Under the pieces are notes generated by a model that saw only the letters and a program-made list of their open reading frames with translations, did not search any database and was not told the origin of the DNA. DNA of 64,000 nt, taken from positions 189,801 to 253,800 of the forward strand of contig CAWHPM010000012.1 of NCBI GenBank assembly GCA_963831215.1, given 5' to 3'. The translations under genes were made by a program, and so were the position numbers. This DNA comes from an uncultured Alphaproteobacteria bacterium. GTDB lineage: Bacteria > Pseudomonadota > Alphaproteobacteria > Sphingomonadales > Sphingomonadaceae. Shown in pieces: positions 21,132 through 30,817 of the stretch. Position 1 is the first letter of the stretch. Each line of letters begins with the position of its first letter.

Positions 21132-22535
21132 TTAGCGCCTCGCTACCGGGCCCGCGCTGGTCGTGGCATCGCCATTGTCCGCGACCCGCGCTTTGTCACG
21201 GCCATAGGCGTCGTCGTAATAAGCGATCGATTGCCCGTCGGGCACCGCGGTCATGTAGGTGATGTAGACCGGCACCGGCTGGTCGAGCATCACCGGCTCC
21301 TCGGTGCCGTGGCCCTCCCACGTTAGCTCGCGATGGAACAGCCATTTGCTCAAGCGCCACGCATCCTCGAGCCGGACACAGCCGCCGCTGAAATAGCGGA
21401 CCAATTCCTTGAACAGGTTCCGGCGCGGATTGTCGTGCAGGTAGACCCCGAACTGGTTGGGAAACATGAACTTGATCCGCCCCATGAAATTCTCGGGGCC
21501 GGGCTTCTGACGAAGCAGGATCTGGGTCTTTCCGTCGCGCACCGAATCCCAGTCGATCTTGGTCGCGTCGAGGACCTGCGCGTTGCGGGACCAGTCGGAC
21601 ACCTCCTCGTAGCCCATCTTCTCGAAATAGCCGAAACCTTGCTTCTTCACGAACTGGCCGACGTCGTCCCAGGCGAGATCGGGCGGCACGTACCAATAAG
21701 GGTTGAGTGCCGCATAGCGGATGTAGGCGGCGAGCATCGGCGTTGGATATTTCGTCTGGCCGACGACCACGACCATATCGTCGACCTGTTTGCCGTTCTC
21801 GTACATGAACAAGCGCTGCTGGGCCGCATTGACGAGGACGTAGCGCTGCTTTCCCGCCGGAAGGATGCGCGTACGCTTGAGGTTCAGCTCCAGCACCTGC
21901 CGCTTGTCGTCGTCGCTATATTGATGCTCGGCGATTGCTCGGCGAAGCTCACCGTAGAACGGATGCATCCATCCCAGGTCATGCACATACTGGGAAAGCG
22001 ACGGCGCGGCCGACGCTTCGAGCAGCGCCGCGAGCGGCGTCGGCGGCGTCGGCTTCAATTGCGGATCGACCCAGGTGATGCCCACTCCGGGATCCTGCCG
22101 GAGGTCGCGCACATAAGCGACGAACGCCTCCGAAAGCGCCTGGTCGGCCCGCTCGATATCCTTGCGCTTGTTTTTGACGTGCGCCGTTTGCAGGGTCGCG
22201 GCAAGCTGCGGCGTGAAGTATTTCTGCGGGCTGAGCCCGTCGATATTGGCGCTGCCGAGCAAGCTCATGAGCTGCTGCGCGGCATCGCCCGCCGCGGGCG
22301 AGAGCCACAGGAGAGCGCCTTTGCGGGCCTTGTAGAAATCGGCGACGCTCTGGCTTGGCTGGGGAGCGGCCACGGCGGCCGCCGAGGCGGCGGGCGTGGT
22401 CGAAATCGGCTGCGCGGCTGCGGCCTGGGGCGCGAGCAGGGCCGACGCGGCCAACAGCGCCGCGGCAAGCCTTCCGCCTGTCTTAGAAAAGTGCACCGGC
22501 CAATGGCCGGTGCACTCACTACGCAAACTTGTCAC
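21132..22535 (-). CDS. L,D-transpeptidase (YcbB/LdtD-like); start may be slightly downstream
   Basis: Signal peptide, VVVGQ...TP, KFMFPN...VYLHD...FSGGCVRL. Confidence 0.9.
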   Translation of the reverse strand: MTSLRSECTGHWPVHFSKTGGRLAAALLAASALLAPQAAAAQPISTTPAASAAAVAAPQPSQSVADFYKARKGALLWLSPAAGDAAQQLMSLLGSANIDGLSPQKYFTPQLAATLQTAHVKNKRKDIERADQALSEAFVAYVRDLRQDPGVGITWVDPQLKPTPPTPLAALLEASAAPSLSQYVHDLGWMHPFYGELRRAIAEHQYSDDDKRQVLELNLKRTRILPAGKQRYVLVNAAQQRLFMYENGKQVDDMVVVVGQTKYPTPMLAAYIRYAALNPYWYVPPDLAWDDVGQFVKKQGFGYFEKMGYEEVSDWSRNAQVLDATKIDWDSVRDGKTQILLRQKPGPENFMGRIKFMFPNQFGVYLHDNPRRNLFKELVRYFSGGCVRLEDAWRLSKWLFHRELTWEGHGTEEPVMLDQPVPVYITYMTAVPDGQSIAYYDDAYGRDKARVADNGDATTSAGPVARR

Positions 22536-22561
22536 CTGTTCTCCGATACTGGCTTCGCGTG

Positions 22562-23131
22562 TTAGCCGCGTTCGCCACTCGCTGCCGGAGCCGAATAGGT
22601 CGGAGCCGGGGCCGGCATCGGAGCGGCGGCGGGGCCACCCTGATAATATTGCCCGTTGTAGACGTATCCGTCTACCATTCCGTCATTGTTCCGGTCGGCC
22701 CAGATCGCGCCGGCGAGACCGCCGACCGCGGCACCAATCACCGCGCCCGCCGGAAGGCTGACGCCCGGAAGGACCGCGCCGGCAACCGCGCCGACGGCCG
22801 CGCCGCCAAGAGCGCCGGTCAGCACCGCGTGGGTCGTCGGGTCATAGCCCGACGGCGGGCCGCCATAATATTGGCCGTTGTAGACATAGCCGTCGACATA
22901 GCCGTCGTTGTTGTTGTCGGCCCAGACTGCGCCCGCGAGGCCGCCGATCGCCGCGCCGACCGCCGCACCGGCGATGGTGCTGATGCCCGGCGCAACCGCA
23001 CCGACCACCGCGCCGCCGGCCGCACCGACCGCCGCGCCCTCGGCAATGTCCGAATTCATGCGCGGATTTGACGTGCACGCCGCGAGGGCCGCAGTACTTG
23101 CCAGCGTAAGGGCTAGGATAGATTTACGCAT
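22562..23131 (-). CDS. glycine-zipper lipoprotein with two internal repeats and C-terminal GERG
   Basis: MRKSILAL...LAAC lipobox; duplicated Gly-zipper + WADxNNDGxVDGYVYNGQYY. Confidence 0.85.
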   Translation of the reverse strand: MRKSILALTLASTAALAACTSNPRMNSDIAEGAAVGAAGGAVVGAVAPGISTIAGAAVGAAIGGLAGAVWADNNNDGYVDGYVYNGQYYGGPPSGYDPTTHAVLTGALGGAAVGAVAGAVLPGVSLPAGAVIGAAVGGLAGAIWADRNNDGMVDGYVYNGQYYQGGPAAAPMPAPAPTYSAPAASGERG

Positions 23132-23217
23132 CGCTCTTTCTCCCGTTCTGTTGAGCTGCTGGAACATGCGCCGCACGCAGCACAAACCGCCGCACAGCGG
23201 TGCATGTCACATGCGCA

Positions 23218-23244
23218 GGAACGACGATTGCGGCTCATCGTTCC
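23218..23244. promoter_or_regulatory. bidirectional EcfG-type promoter
   Basis: GGAAC-N16-CGTT reads on both strands. Confidence 0.6.
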
Positions 23245-23333
23245 GCCGCCGCGACGATGCTCGCGGGAGAAAGCGTCGCCCTTGGGTTAAATCCTTGTTT
23301 AACCGTTTGTATTCGCACCAGGAACAGGAAGCC

Positions 23334-23680
23334 ATGAAAGCCACGATTTATCACAACCCGATGTGCGGAACCTCGCGAAAGACGCTCGACATCCTGCGCG
23401 ATTGGGCTGCGACGTGTGGATCCGCGAATATCTCAAGAATCCGCCCTCCAAAGAGGAGCTCAAGGCCCTCTACCAGCGCGCCGGGATCAGCCCGCGCGAA
23501 GGGCTGCGGGCCAAGGAGCCGCTCGCCGGCGAACTCGGACTCGATCGAAGTGATGTCAGCGACGATGAGATCCTCGACGCCATGATCAGGCATCCGATCC
23601 TGATCGAGCGCCCGATCGTCGAAACCCTTAACGGCGTCCGCCTCTGCCGCCCGCAGGACAAGGTGCGGGAGATTCTCTAG
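23334..23680 (+). CDS. arsC: ArsC/Spx family arsenate reductase (frameshift ~23405)
   Basis: IYHNPMCGTSR, HPILIERPIV...LCRP. Confidence 0.85.
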
Positions 23681-23682
23681 CT

Positions 23683-23753
23683 CGTCTTCCCGCGAAAGCG
23701 GGGGATCCAGCGCAACAAGCAAGGACTGGGTTCCCGCTTTCGCGCGAATGACG
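23683..23753. repeat. RPE-like palindromic element
   Basis: CGTCTTCCCGCGAAAGCGGGGGATCCAG ... CTGGGTTCCCGCTTTCGCGCGAATGACG. Confidence 0.75.
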
Positions 23754-23765
23754 GATGATGTGGTC

Positions 23766-24510
23766 ATGAGTCGCCTCGACCCGCGTCTTCTCCTGCAGGG
23801 ATATGCCAGCGGCATCTTCCCGATGGCCGACGGTCGCGAAGCGAACGAGCTTTACTGGGTCGAGCCGCGCAACCGGGCGATCATCCCGCTCGCGGATTTC
23901 CATCTCTCGCGCTCGCTTCGGCGGACCCTTCGCTTGGGTCGGTTCAGGGTCACCCACGACCGCGACTTCGCGCACGTGATCGCGGCCTGCGCGAACCGCG
24001 AGGAAACCTGGATCAACGCCGAGCTCGAGCGCGCGATGCGCGCGCTCCACGAGTTGGACCACGCCCATTCGATCGAAGTCTGGCAAGCGGACGATCTTGT
24101 CGGCGGCCTCTACGGGGTCAAGCTCGGCCGCGCGTTCTTCGGCGAAAGCATGTTCAGCCGCGCGACCGATGCCTCGAAGGTCGCGCTGGCCTGGCTCGTG
24201 GCGCGGCTGAAGGTCGGGAATTTCACCTTGCTCGACTGCCAGTTCATGACCGACCATCTCGCCTCGCTCGGCGCGATCAGCGTCACGCGCGAAGCTTATG
24301 TCGCGTTGCTCTCCGCCGCGCTCGGCGGACCGGTGACGGGGGCCGGCGCGGGAGCTGGAGCCGGCGGTGCTGGTCGAGGGCTTCGCCGCGCCCACCGGCG
24401 CCGGGCCCGATTTCCTCGCGCTCGACAGGTTGCTCGAGCTTGCCGGCGCGGCGGGCGACGACGGCGCGGCCGGGTACGTCATCGCGCAGCTCTTGGGCCA
24501 GACGTCGTAG
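23766..24510 (+). CDS. aat: leucyl/phenylalanyl-tRNA--protein transferase (tail frameshifted)
   Basis: YASGIFPMAD, AHSIEVW, FFGESMFSR, DASKVAL, LLDCQF; end inferred at QLLGQTS*. Confidence 0.92.
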
Positions 24511-24919
24511 ACGGCGTGCTCGACCACGTTGAGTGACGGCGATTCCTTGTAAACCCAGCCCGAAAACACGCGGTTCCAGCTCTTGTCGGGCTTTTGGACG
24601 TCGAGCTGGACGAACGCCCCGGTCAGCTTCTCTTCCTCCCACGGCGCGGTCGTCTCGCACGCGCGAAGGCGCACGATCGCGTCCTTCCACCGCACCGACT
24701 GGCCGGGTCGGAGCGTCACGTTCTGGACGATCCCGTTGCGCTTGTTGAGGATTCCGAGAACGGCGACGCGCTGGGCCATCGGAGTCACTCCGCCCTGGCC
24801 TGCGGCCGTCGCGGCCACCTTGCGGCCCGCCGCGCCGAGTTCTGCTGCGGCTGCTGGCTGCCGCGCCCGCACGAAGCGAGGCCGAGTGCAATCAAGAGCG
24901 GTGCAGCGAGCCTACTCAC
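24296..24919 (-). CDS. DUF2155 domain lipoprotein (frameshifts)
   Basis: GTG start with LASC lipobox; VFSGWVYKESPSLNVVEHAVYDVWPKSC. Confidence 0.82.
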
Positions 24920-25305
24920 GCTTGTTCGGGAATCCACGGCTCGTAATCGCCGGTCGAGGCGGGCCTGATCCTGCCGCTGCCGAGTGCGCCGTCGGGGCGG
25001 AACGCCTCCATCGTGCCCGTGAGGTTGGGGGTCGGCTTCATCTGGAACTTGCGAACCGGCGGCAGGGCCTTCCCCGGCAAATCCTCGATCGTGCCGCGAA
25101 GCCACAGCTGCCAGCCCGGCTCGACCCGGCTGCCGTCATTGGCCCCGTTGTAAATCACCCAGCGCCGCCAGGGCCGTTTCCTGTCCTGGTAATAGACGTT
25201 CCCGGCCTCGTCGCGGCCGACCTCCGAACCGAAGCGGCGGGTAAACAGCGCGGTGCCCCACGTCGCCCCGTTCCACCAGGTGAATGTTTTCGACCAGAAG
25301 CCCAT
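24916..25305 (-). CDS. NDUFA12-family NADH:ubiquinone oxidoreductase subunit
   Basis: FTWWNG, GRDEAGNVYY, RRWVIY, PNLTGT, GDYEPW. Confidence 0.92.
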   Translation of the reverse strand: MGFWSKTFTWWNGATWGTALFTRRFGSEVGRDEAGNVYYQDRKRPWRRWVIYNGANDGSRVEPGWQLWLRGTIEDLPGKALPPVRKFQMKPTPNLTGTMEAFRPDGALGSGRIRPASTGDYEPWIPEQA

Positions 25306-25370
25306 GGGTGCGTGCCTGTGCCAACTTCCGCTCCCCCCTGCAAGGGAGCGAAGGAATCCGTACCGGCGTC

Positions 25371-25860
25371 CTAAACCTCCAGCGGCGTCCAGCTGACGAA
25401 GTCGCCGTCCTTGATGCCGAGTTCGGCCGCGCGTCCGCCGCGGATCTCGAGCACCGTCGCCACCGGCTCCCCGGAGGGCAAGGGCGTGACGTCCATCGGC
25501 CTGGCGTTGGTGATCCGCGCGATCGTCCCGTCGGTCCTCACGAAGATGATGTCGAGCGGGATCAGCGTGTTCTTCATCCAGAACGAGACTTGCTGCGCCG
25601 GCTGATAGGGGAAGATCATGCCCTCGTCGGGGCCGAGCGACCGGACGAACATGAGGCCCTGTTCCTGCTGCTCCGGAGTCGCCGCGACCTGCACGATGAA
25701 TTGGTGCGGGCCGGTCGCCGATCGAATCGTCAGCTGCACCCGGCGCAGCCCCGTCTGCGGCGTTCGTTCGTCGGCGGGAGCATTCTGCGCCGGAGCTTGC
25801 GGGCTGCACGCCGCGAACGCGACGAACGCGAACGCTAGTCCAGCGATTCGCCCGACGCGC
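25371..25860 (-). CDS. DUF192 domain lipoprotein (start uncertain)
   Basis: FAAC lipobox, GLMF, GMIF, FWMKNTLIPLDIIF, VLEIRGG. Confidence 0.88.
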
Positions 25861-26440
25861 GTAGTTCGACGGCGGTCAGCCCCTTGGAGCTCGGCGCGAT
25901 TCTCGCCTCGAGCCTCTGCGCCGGCTGGAGCTCGCCGAGGTGGGCGTTGCGCACCGTCTCCATGTGCACGAAGACGTCCTCGCCGCCCAGCTCGTCCGGA
26001 CGCTTGACGAAACCATAGCCGCGAACCCGATTGAACCATTTGACCTCCACCGGCTCGAATTCGCCGGCCGCGTCGGCAAGCGCCTTGCGATCGGCCCGTT
26101 CGGACGCCGGAATGGACGAGCGCGGTTGCTGCGGCAAGGCCGAGGTGAGGTCGATTGAAATGATCCGCTTGGCCTGAAGGCCGCGTTCGAGCCGGACCGG
26201 CACGCATTCGATGACCGCGCCTTCGGGAACGCTTCGGCGTCCGTGCTCGCGGAGCACGCTGAAGTGCAGGAGCACGTCGCCATCGACCTGCTCGCTGACG
26301 AGGAACCCGAAACCCCGCGTCGCATCGAACCATTTCACGCGTCCCGTGACGGACGGCAGTTCCGCCTGCACCGGATCGTTGTTGGACTCCACGACGGGCC
26401 GCGCCCCCTCTTCGGCCAGACTGACAAGCACGCCTACCAT
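25835..26440 (-). CDS. two-domain cold-shock protein
   Basis: Two CSDs: VKWFDATRGFGF and VKWFNRVRGYGF...DVFVH. Confidence 0.92.
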   Translation of the reverse strand: MVGVLVSLAEEGARPVVESNNDPVQAELPSVTGRVKWFDATRGFGFLVSEQVDGDVLLHFSVLREHGRRSVPEGAVIECVPVRLERGLQAKRIISIDLTSALPQQPRSSIPASERADRKALADAAGEFEPVEVKWFNRVRGYGFVKRPDELGGEDVFVHMETVRNAHLGELQPAQRLEARIAPSSKGLTAVELRASGESLD

Positions 26441-26491
26441 CGAGTCTCATTATCACTGGAACCAGTGTCGGGAAACCGACTTTCGGTAGGG

Positions 26492-27043
26492 TCAGCGGCT
26501 TCGTTCGCGCAAATCGTCGCGATCCACCTCGGCGCCCGGCGGCATGCGGGCGATCTGGTTGGCGATCCCGAACGAATGCCCGGCGCGGACCATCGCCGCG
26601 ACCGCCTTTTCGCGCTGCCTGGGGTCGGCTTGCGTGCTTGCGAAAGGGCCGATGCGGCGGCGCTCGGCGAAGCGTATTGCCGAGTCCACCGCCTCGCCGT
26701 CTGCATGCTCGCGCGCCGCGACGCTGTCGTCTTCGCCGATCCCCGCCGCCCGCAGCTTCTCGTCGAGCCGGCGCTTGCCGAAGCCGCGGCTGCTCAGCGT
26801 TCGCGATTTGGACAGCGCATAAGCTGCGTCGTCGACATAACCGAGCTCGCCGAAGCGCCGCGCGAGCGCATCGAAATCCGGCTCGCGTTCATCGCTCCAG
26901 CCCCGCTCGCGGACCTTGCGCGCGAGGTAGGCGGTCAGCTTCGCCCGGCTGGTCGCATATCTGCCGACATAGCGCAGCGCGAGCTCCTCCAGCTGCTTCG
27001 TGCCGAGCGGGACGGGGGCGCGTCGGGACCGTGAGCGTGTCAT
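26492..27043 (-). CDS. recX: RecX family regulator
   Basis: LALRYVGRYATS, GYVDDAAYA, RRRIGPF, RAGHSF. Confidence 0.85.
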   Translation of the reverse strand: MTRSRSRRAPVPLGTKQLEELALRYVGRYATSRAKLTAYLARKVRERGWSDEREPDFDALARRFGELGYVDDAAYALSKSRTLSSRGFGKRRLDEKLRAAGIGEDDSVAAREHADGEAVDSAIRFAERRRIGPFASTQADPRQREKAVAAMVRAGHSFGIANQIARMPPGAEVDRDDLRERSR

Positions 27044-27137
27044 CGCGCCGTTTTTGTGCCACAGTCCCCGACCATCAGGAACTGCCTGCGACCACAAAGC
27101 GGTCGCGCCAGAGTTGAACAGCCAGGGAAGGGACGGC

Positions 27138-28905
27138 GTGCTCGAACGCAACGCCTCTGTGACGAACGAGCTTGCCCCGCCGGGCGCCACCCCAACCGTC
27201 GACAGCCAGCCGCGACGCCTCGCCGATTTCAACACGATCGGCGAAGCGCTCGACTATGCCGCGAAGGGCCGCCGCGGGCTCAACTTCCACGACGCTCGAG
27301 GTACGCTCGAGCGGAGCTACACCTACGCCGAGCTGCGCGAGGATTCGCTCGGCCATGCGCGCCGCTTCATCGCGCTGGGCATCGAGCCCGGCGATCGTGT
27401 CGCCATGGTCGCCGAGACCGGCGCGGATTTCGCGGCCTGCTTCTTTGGCGCCGTTTATGCCGGCGCATGGCCGGTGCCGCTCCCGCTCCCGACCAGCTTC
27501 GGCGGCCGCGGCGCCTATGTCGACCAGCTCGTCGTTCAGCTGGAAAGCTGCGACGCGTCGCTGTTCCTCTATCCTGAAGAGCTCGCCGAGTTCTGCAAGG
27601 ACGCCGCGGACAAGGCGGCCATCGTTTCCCGTGCCTGGGAAACGCTCGGCGGCGTCGAGCCGGCCGCGACCGAGCTCGCCAGGGCCGAGCCGGACGACAT
27701 CGCCTATCTCCAATATTCGAGCGGCTCGACCCGTTTCCCGCACGGCGTTGCGGTGACCCATCGAGCGCTTCTCGACAATCTCCACTCGCACGGCTTTGAG
27801 CTGAAGGTCGAGCAGTCTGACCGGGTCATCTCGTGGTTGCCGTGGTATCACGACATGGGACTGGTGGGCTGCCTATTGTCACCCGTCGCGATGCAGATGT
27901 CGGTCGATTATCTGAAGACCGAGGATTTCGCCCGCCGTCCGCTTGCGTGGCTCGACATGATCACGCGCAACCCGGGAAACAGCGTCAGCTACTCGCCGAC
28001 TTTCGGCTATGACATTTGCTCGCGGCGGATGAGCTCGCAGACGCGTGCCGAGGACCGGTTCGACCTGTCCCGCTGGCGCATCGCGGGCAACGGCGCCGAC
28101 ATGATCCGGCCCGATGTGATGCAATCTTTCGTCGATTGCTTCGCGCTCGCCGGCTTCAAGGCCAGCGCCTTCTGCCCGAGCTACGGCCTTGCGGAGGCGA
28201 CGCTTGCGGTGTCGCTGATGCCGCCCGGCGAGGGAATCCGGCTCGAGCTCGTCGAGGAGAACGAGCTGTCCGGCGGAACCTCGGAGGAGGACGATCGCCC
28301 AAAACGCTTCCGCGCGGTCGTCAATTGCGGCCGTCCCGTGACTGGCATGGAGATCGAGATTCGCGGCGAGGCCGGAGAAACCCTTCCCGACCGCGGGATC
28401 GGCAAGGTATTCGTCCGCGGAACGAGCGTCATGCACAGCTATTTCCGCGACGAAGAATCGACCCGCGCGTGCCTCAGCCCCGACGGTTGGCTCGACACCG
28501 GCGACATGGGCTATCTGTCGAAAGGCTACATCTTCATCGTCGGCCGCGCCAAGGACATGATCATCATCAACGGGCGCAACCACTGGCCGCAGGACATCGA
28601 ATGGGCGGTCGAGCAGCTGCCCGGCTTCAAGTCCGGCGATATCGCCGCCTTCGCCATCACCGGCCCGTCGGGCGAGGAAACGCCGGCGGTGCTGGTCCAT
28701 TGCCGCGTCTCCGACAACGAGGAACGCGGCCGCCTGCGCGACGAGATCCGCGAGCGGGTTCGCGCGATCACGGGAATCACCCCGGTCGTCGAGCTCGTCC
28801 CGCCCCGCACGCTTCCCCGCACCAGCTCGGGCAAGCTGTCGCGGACCAAGGCGCGGACGCTCTACCTGACCGGGCGAAATCCAGCCCTACGACATCGCCG
28901 CCTGA
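27138..28905 (+). CDS. fatty acyl-AMP ligase (frameshift in the last codons)
   Basis: YLQYSSGSTRFPHGV, SWLPWYHDMGL, YGLAEATL, TGDMG, PRTSSGKL. Confidence 0.92.
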
Positions 28906-29046
28906 GCGCGCGAGCACGAACTAGTCCGGCGTCGCCGGGACTCACTACCGTGATGTAGAGGCCGACCTGTCGCCGATTTAACTTTCGTTGACCGTCAGGC
29001 GCATCTACAGCGTCGGCTGGACAACTCACGTTCGGGGGCAGTTGTC

Positions 29047-29235
29047 GTGAGCATCATGTGCCGTCTGCGAGGCCATCGGCCTTCGCGCCGTTCGCAGCTC
29101 GACTTGAGCGACCTGCAGGTGAAGAGCTTCTGCAAGCGCTGCGGCGCGCCGATGATCCGGCTCGGCCCCAAGTGGCAAGCGGAGCATTCCGTAGGAGCCG
29201 GCGCCGCGTGGATCGCTCGCGGCCGGCTTCCCTGA
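29047..29235 (+). CDS. small Cys/His-rich hypothetical protein
   Basis: CRLRGH...CKRCG; RBS GGGGG before GTG. Confidence 0.55.
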   Translation: MSIMCRLRGHRPSRRSQLDLSDLQVKSFCKRCGAPMIRLGPKWQAEHSVGAGAAWIARGRLP

Positions 29236-29253
29236 TCATCCTCGCCTCGCTCT

Positions 29254-29796
29254 TTAGAACGACACCATCTTCGCGCGCGTCGGCGGCGCCTCGGGCGGCA
29301 CCGCCTTGACCGACGACGGATCCTCGGCCGCGAAGTCCTCGACGGCCACCCAGCTCCCGTCGTCCTGCTTCTTGTACACGGTGATGTAGGACCCGCTGCC
29401 CGTCATCACCTTGCCGGTCTTCTTGTCGGTATGTTTCTCGGTGAACTTGCCCCGCGCGTAAGCGAGGTCGCCCGACGCGGCGACGCCGATCTTGTCGCTC
29501 GAGAACTGGACTTCGAAGGCGGGATCGGTCGAGGCATTGGCGAAGACCTGCCGGATGGGGGTCGAACCCTCGGCAGTGACGCCTGGAGCGACGAAATAGG
29601 CGTCGTCCGCATAATGTTCGGCCAGCGCCTCGGTATCCTTGGCCTTGAAATCCTTATTCCATTTGGTCTCGTCGGCCTTGATCTTCTGCCTGATGCTCTC
29701 GGTGTCGGCGCCTGCACTCGCCTTGTTGCAGCCGGCCAGCGACAATGAGACGGCGGCCGCTCCAACCATGACCGTCGCGATCGATTTGCGCATCAC
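29254..29796 (-). CDS. SnoaL/DUF4440-like (YybH) lipoprotein
   Basis: LAGC lipobox; SGDLAY...GSYITVYKKQDDGSW. Confidence 0.85.
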   Translation of the reverse strand: MMRKSIATVMVGAAAVSLSLAGCNKASAGADTESIRQKIKADETKWNKDFKAKDTEALAEHYADDAYFVAPGVTAEGSTPIRQVFANASTDPAFEVQFSSDKIGVAASGDLAYARGKFTEKHTDKKTGKVMTGSGSYITVYKKQDDGSWVAVEDFAAEDPSSVKAVPPEAPPTRAKMVSF

Positions 29797-29904
29797 TTTC
29801 CCCTCTTTTTACGGAAGAGCGAACCAATCATCATTGGCGCCGCCGCGCAACGGCCGATGCCGTAACTTGACCGAGGTCAGCCCGCGCGGGCGCTCTCCGT
29901 CGCC

Positions 29905-30691
29905 TTACCGCTCCATGCGGTAGAGCAGGTTCAGCGTAACCCCCGTTTCAAGCTGTCCCGGGGCCACGATGCCCCCGTCGCGCTCGGGCGCGGCGGGCGG
30001 TGGCGGCGGCGGGGGCGCCGAGGCGTTGCTGATCCGCGAGCCGGTCACGACGATGTCGGTGCCGCGATAAGAGACGCCCTCCTCGACCGACAGCAGGCGG
30101 ACGGAAGTGAAGCCGTTGTTGCGCGCATATTCGGTCGCTTCCGCCTGGCCTCGCGCCATGGCGCGGACTTCGCGCTTCGCGCCGCAGCGGCGCCGGATCC
30201 GAGATCGCGAAATTGGGACCGTAGACGGTATCCGCGCCAGCCTTGGTCAACGCATCGAGCAACGCGGTCAGCTTGTCGATCTCGCGCGTCTTGATCTGCA
30301 CCGAATTGCTCGCGACATAGCCGATCAGCGTCTGGTGCCCGCGCCCGCCCGGCTCATTGTCCCAGCGATAGTCGGGCTGCAGCTGGATCCCTTGAGTCTG
30401 GATGTCGCGCTCGCGGATCCCGGCCGCCCGGATCGTCGCGAGCAGCTTTTCCGTCTTCACCTTGTTCGCGGCGACAGCGGCGGTGGCGGTCGACGCCTTG
30501 GCCTGGGTCCCGACGGTAATGCTCGCCTCGTCCGGAGGAGTCCTCAGCGATTCCGAGATATTGACCCGCACCAGCGGCGTCGTCGCCATCTCGGCGATGC
30601 TGGCGGTCGGCGCCGTTTGAGCGACCGCCGTCCCTGGCTGAACAAGCGATGCCGTCAAAGCGATCGCGAGACCTGCAAACCGATAATCCAT
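29905..30691 (-). CDS. SIMPL (DUF541) periplasmic protein (frameshift ~30165)
   Basis: Signal peptide; PDEA, GIRERDIQT, GYVASN, APGQ. Confidence 0.85.
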
Positions 30692-30817
30692 GAGAGCTCC
30701 TTCTGCGACTTGCGAGCAAGATCACCCGCACTAACCATGAGACGCGGCCCGGCGCGAAATCCTTTGCGCGGCTCCCGAATAATTATCCGCAAGTTGCCGC
30801 TCCACTTCTTCCGCTGT

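Noticed and set aside
29970-30020. PPPPPPPAAPERDGG in the SIMPL protein as a fourth ERG motif
   Set aside because: Internal rather than C-terminal, and reads ERD
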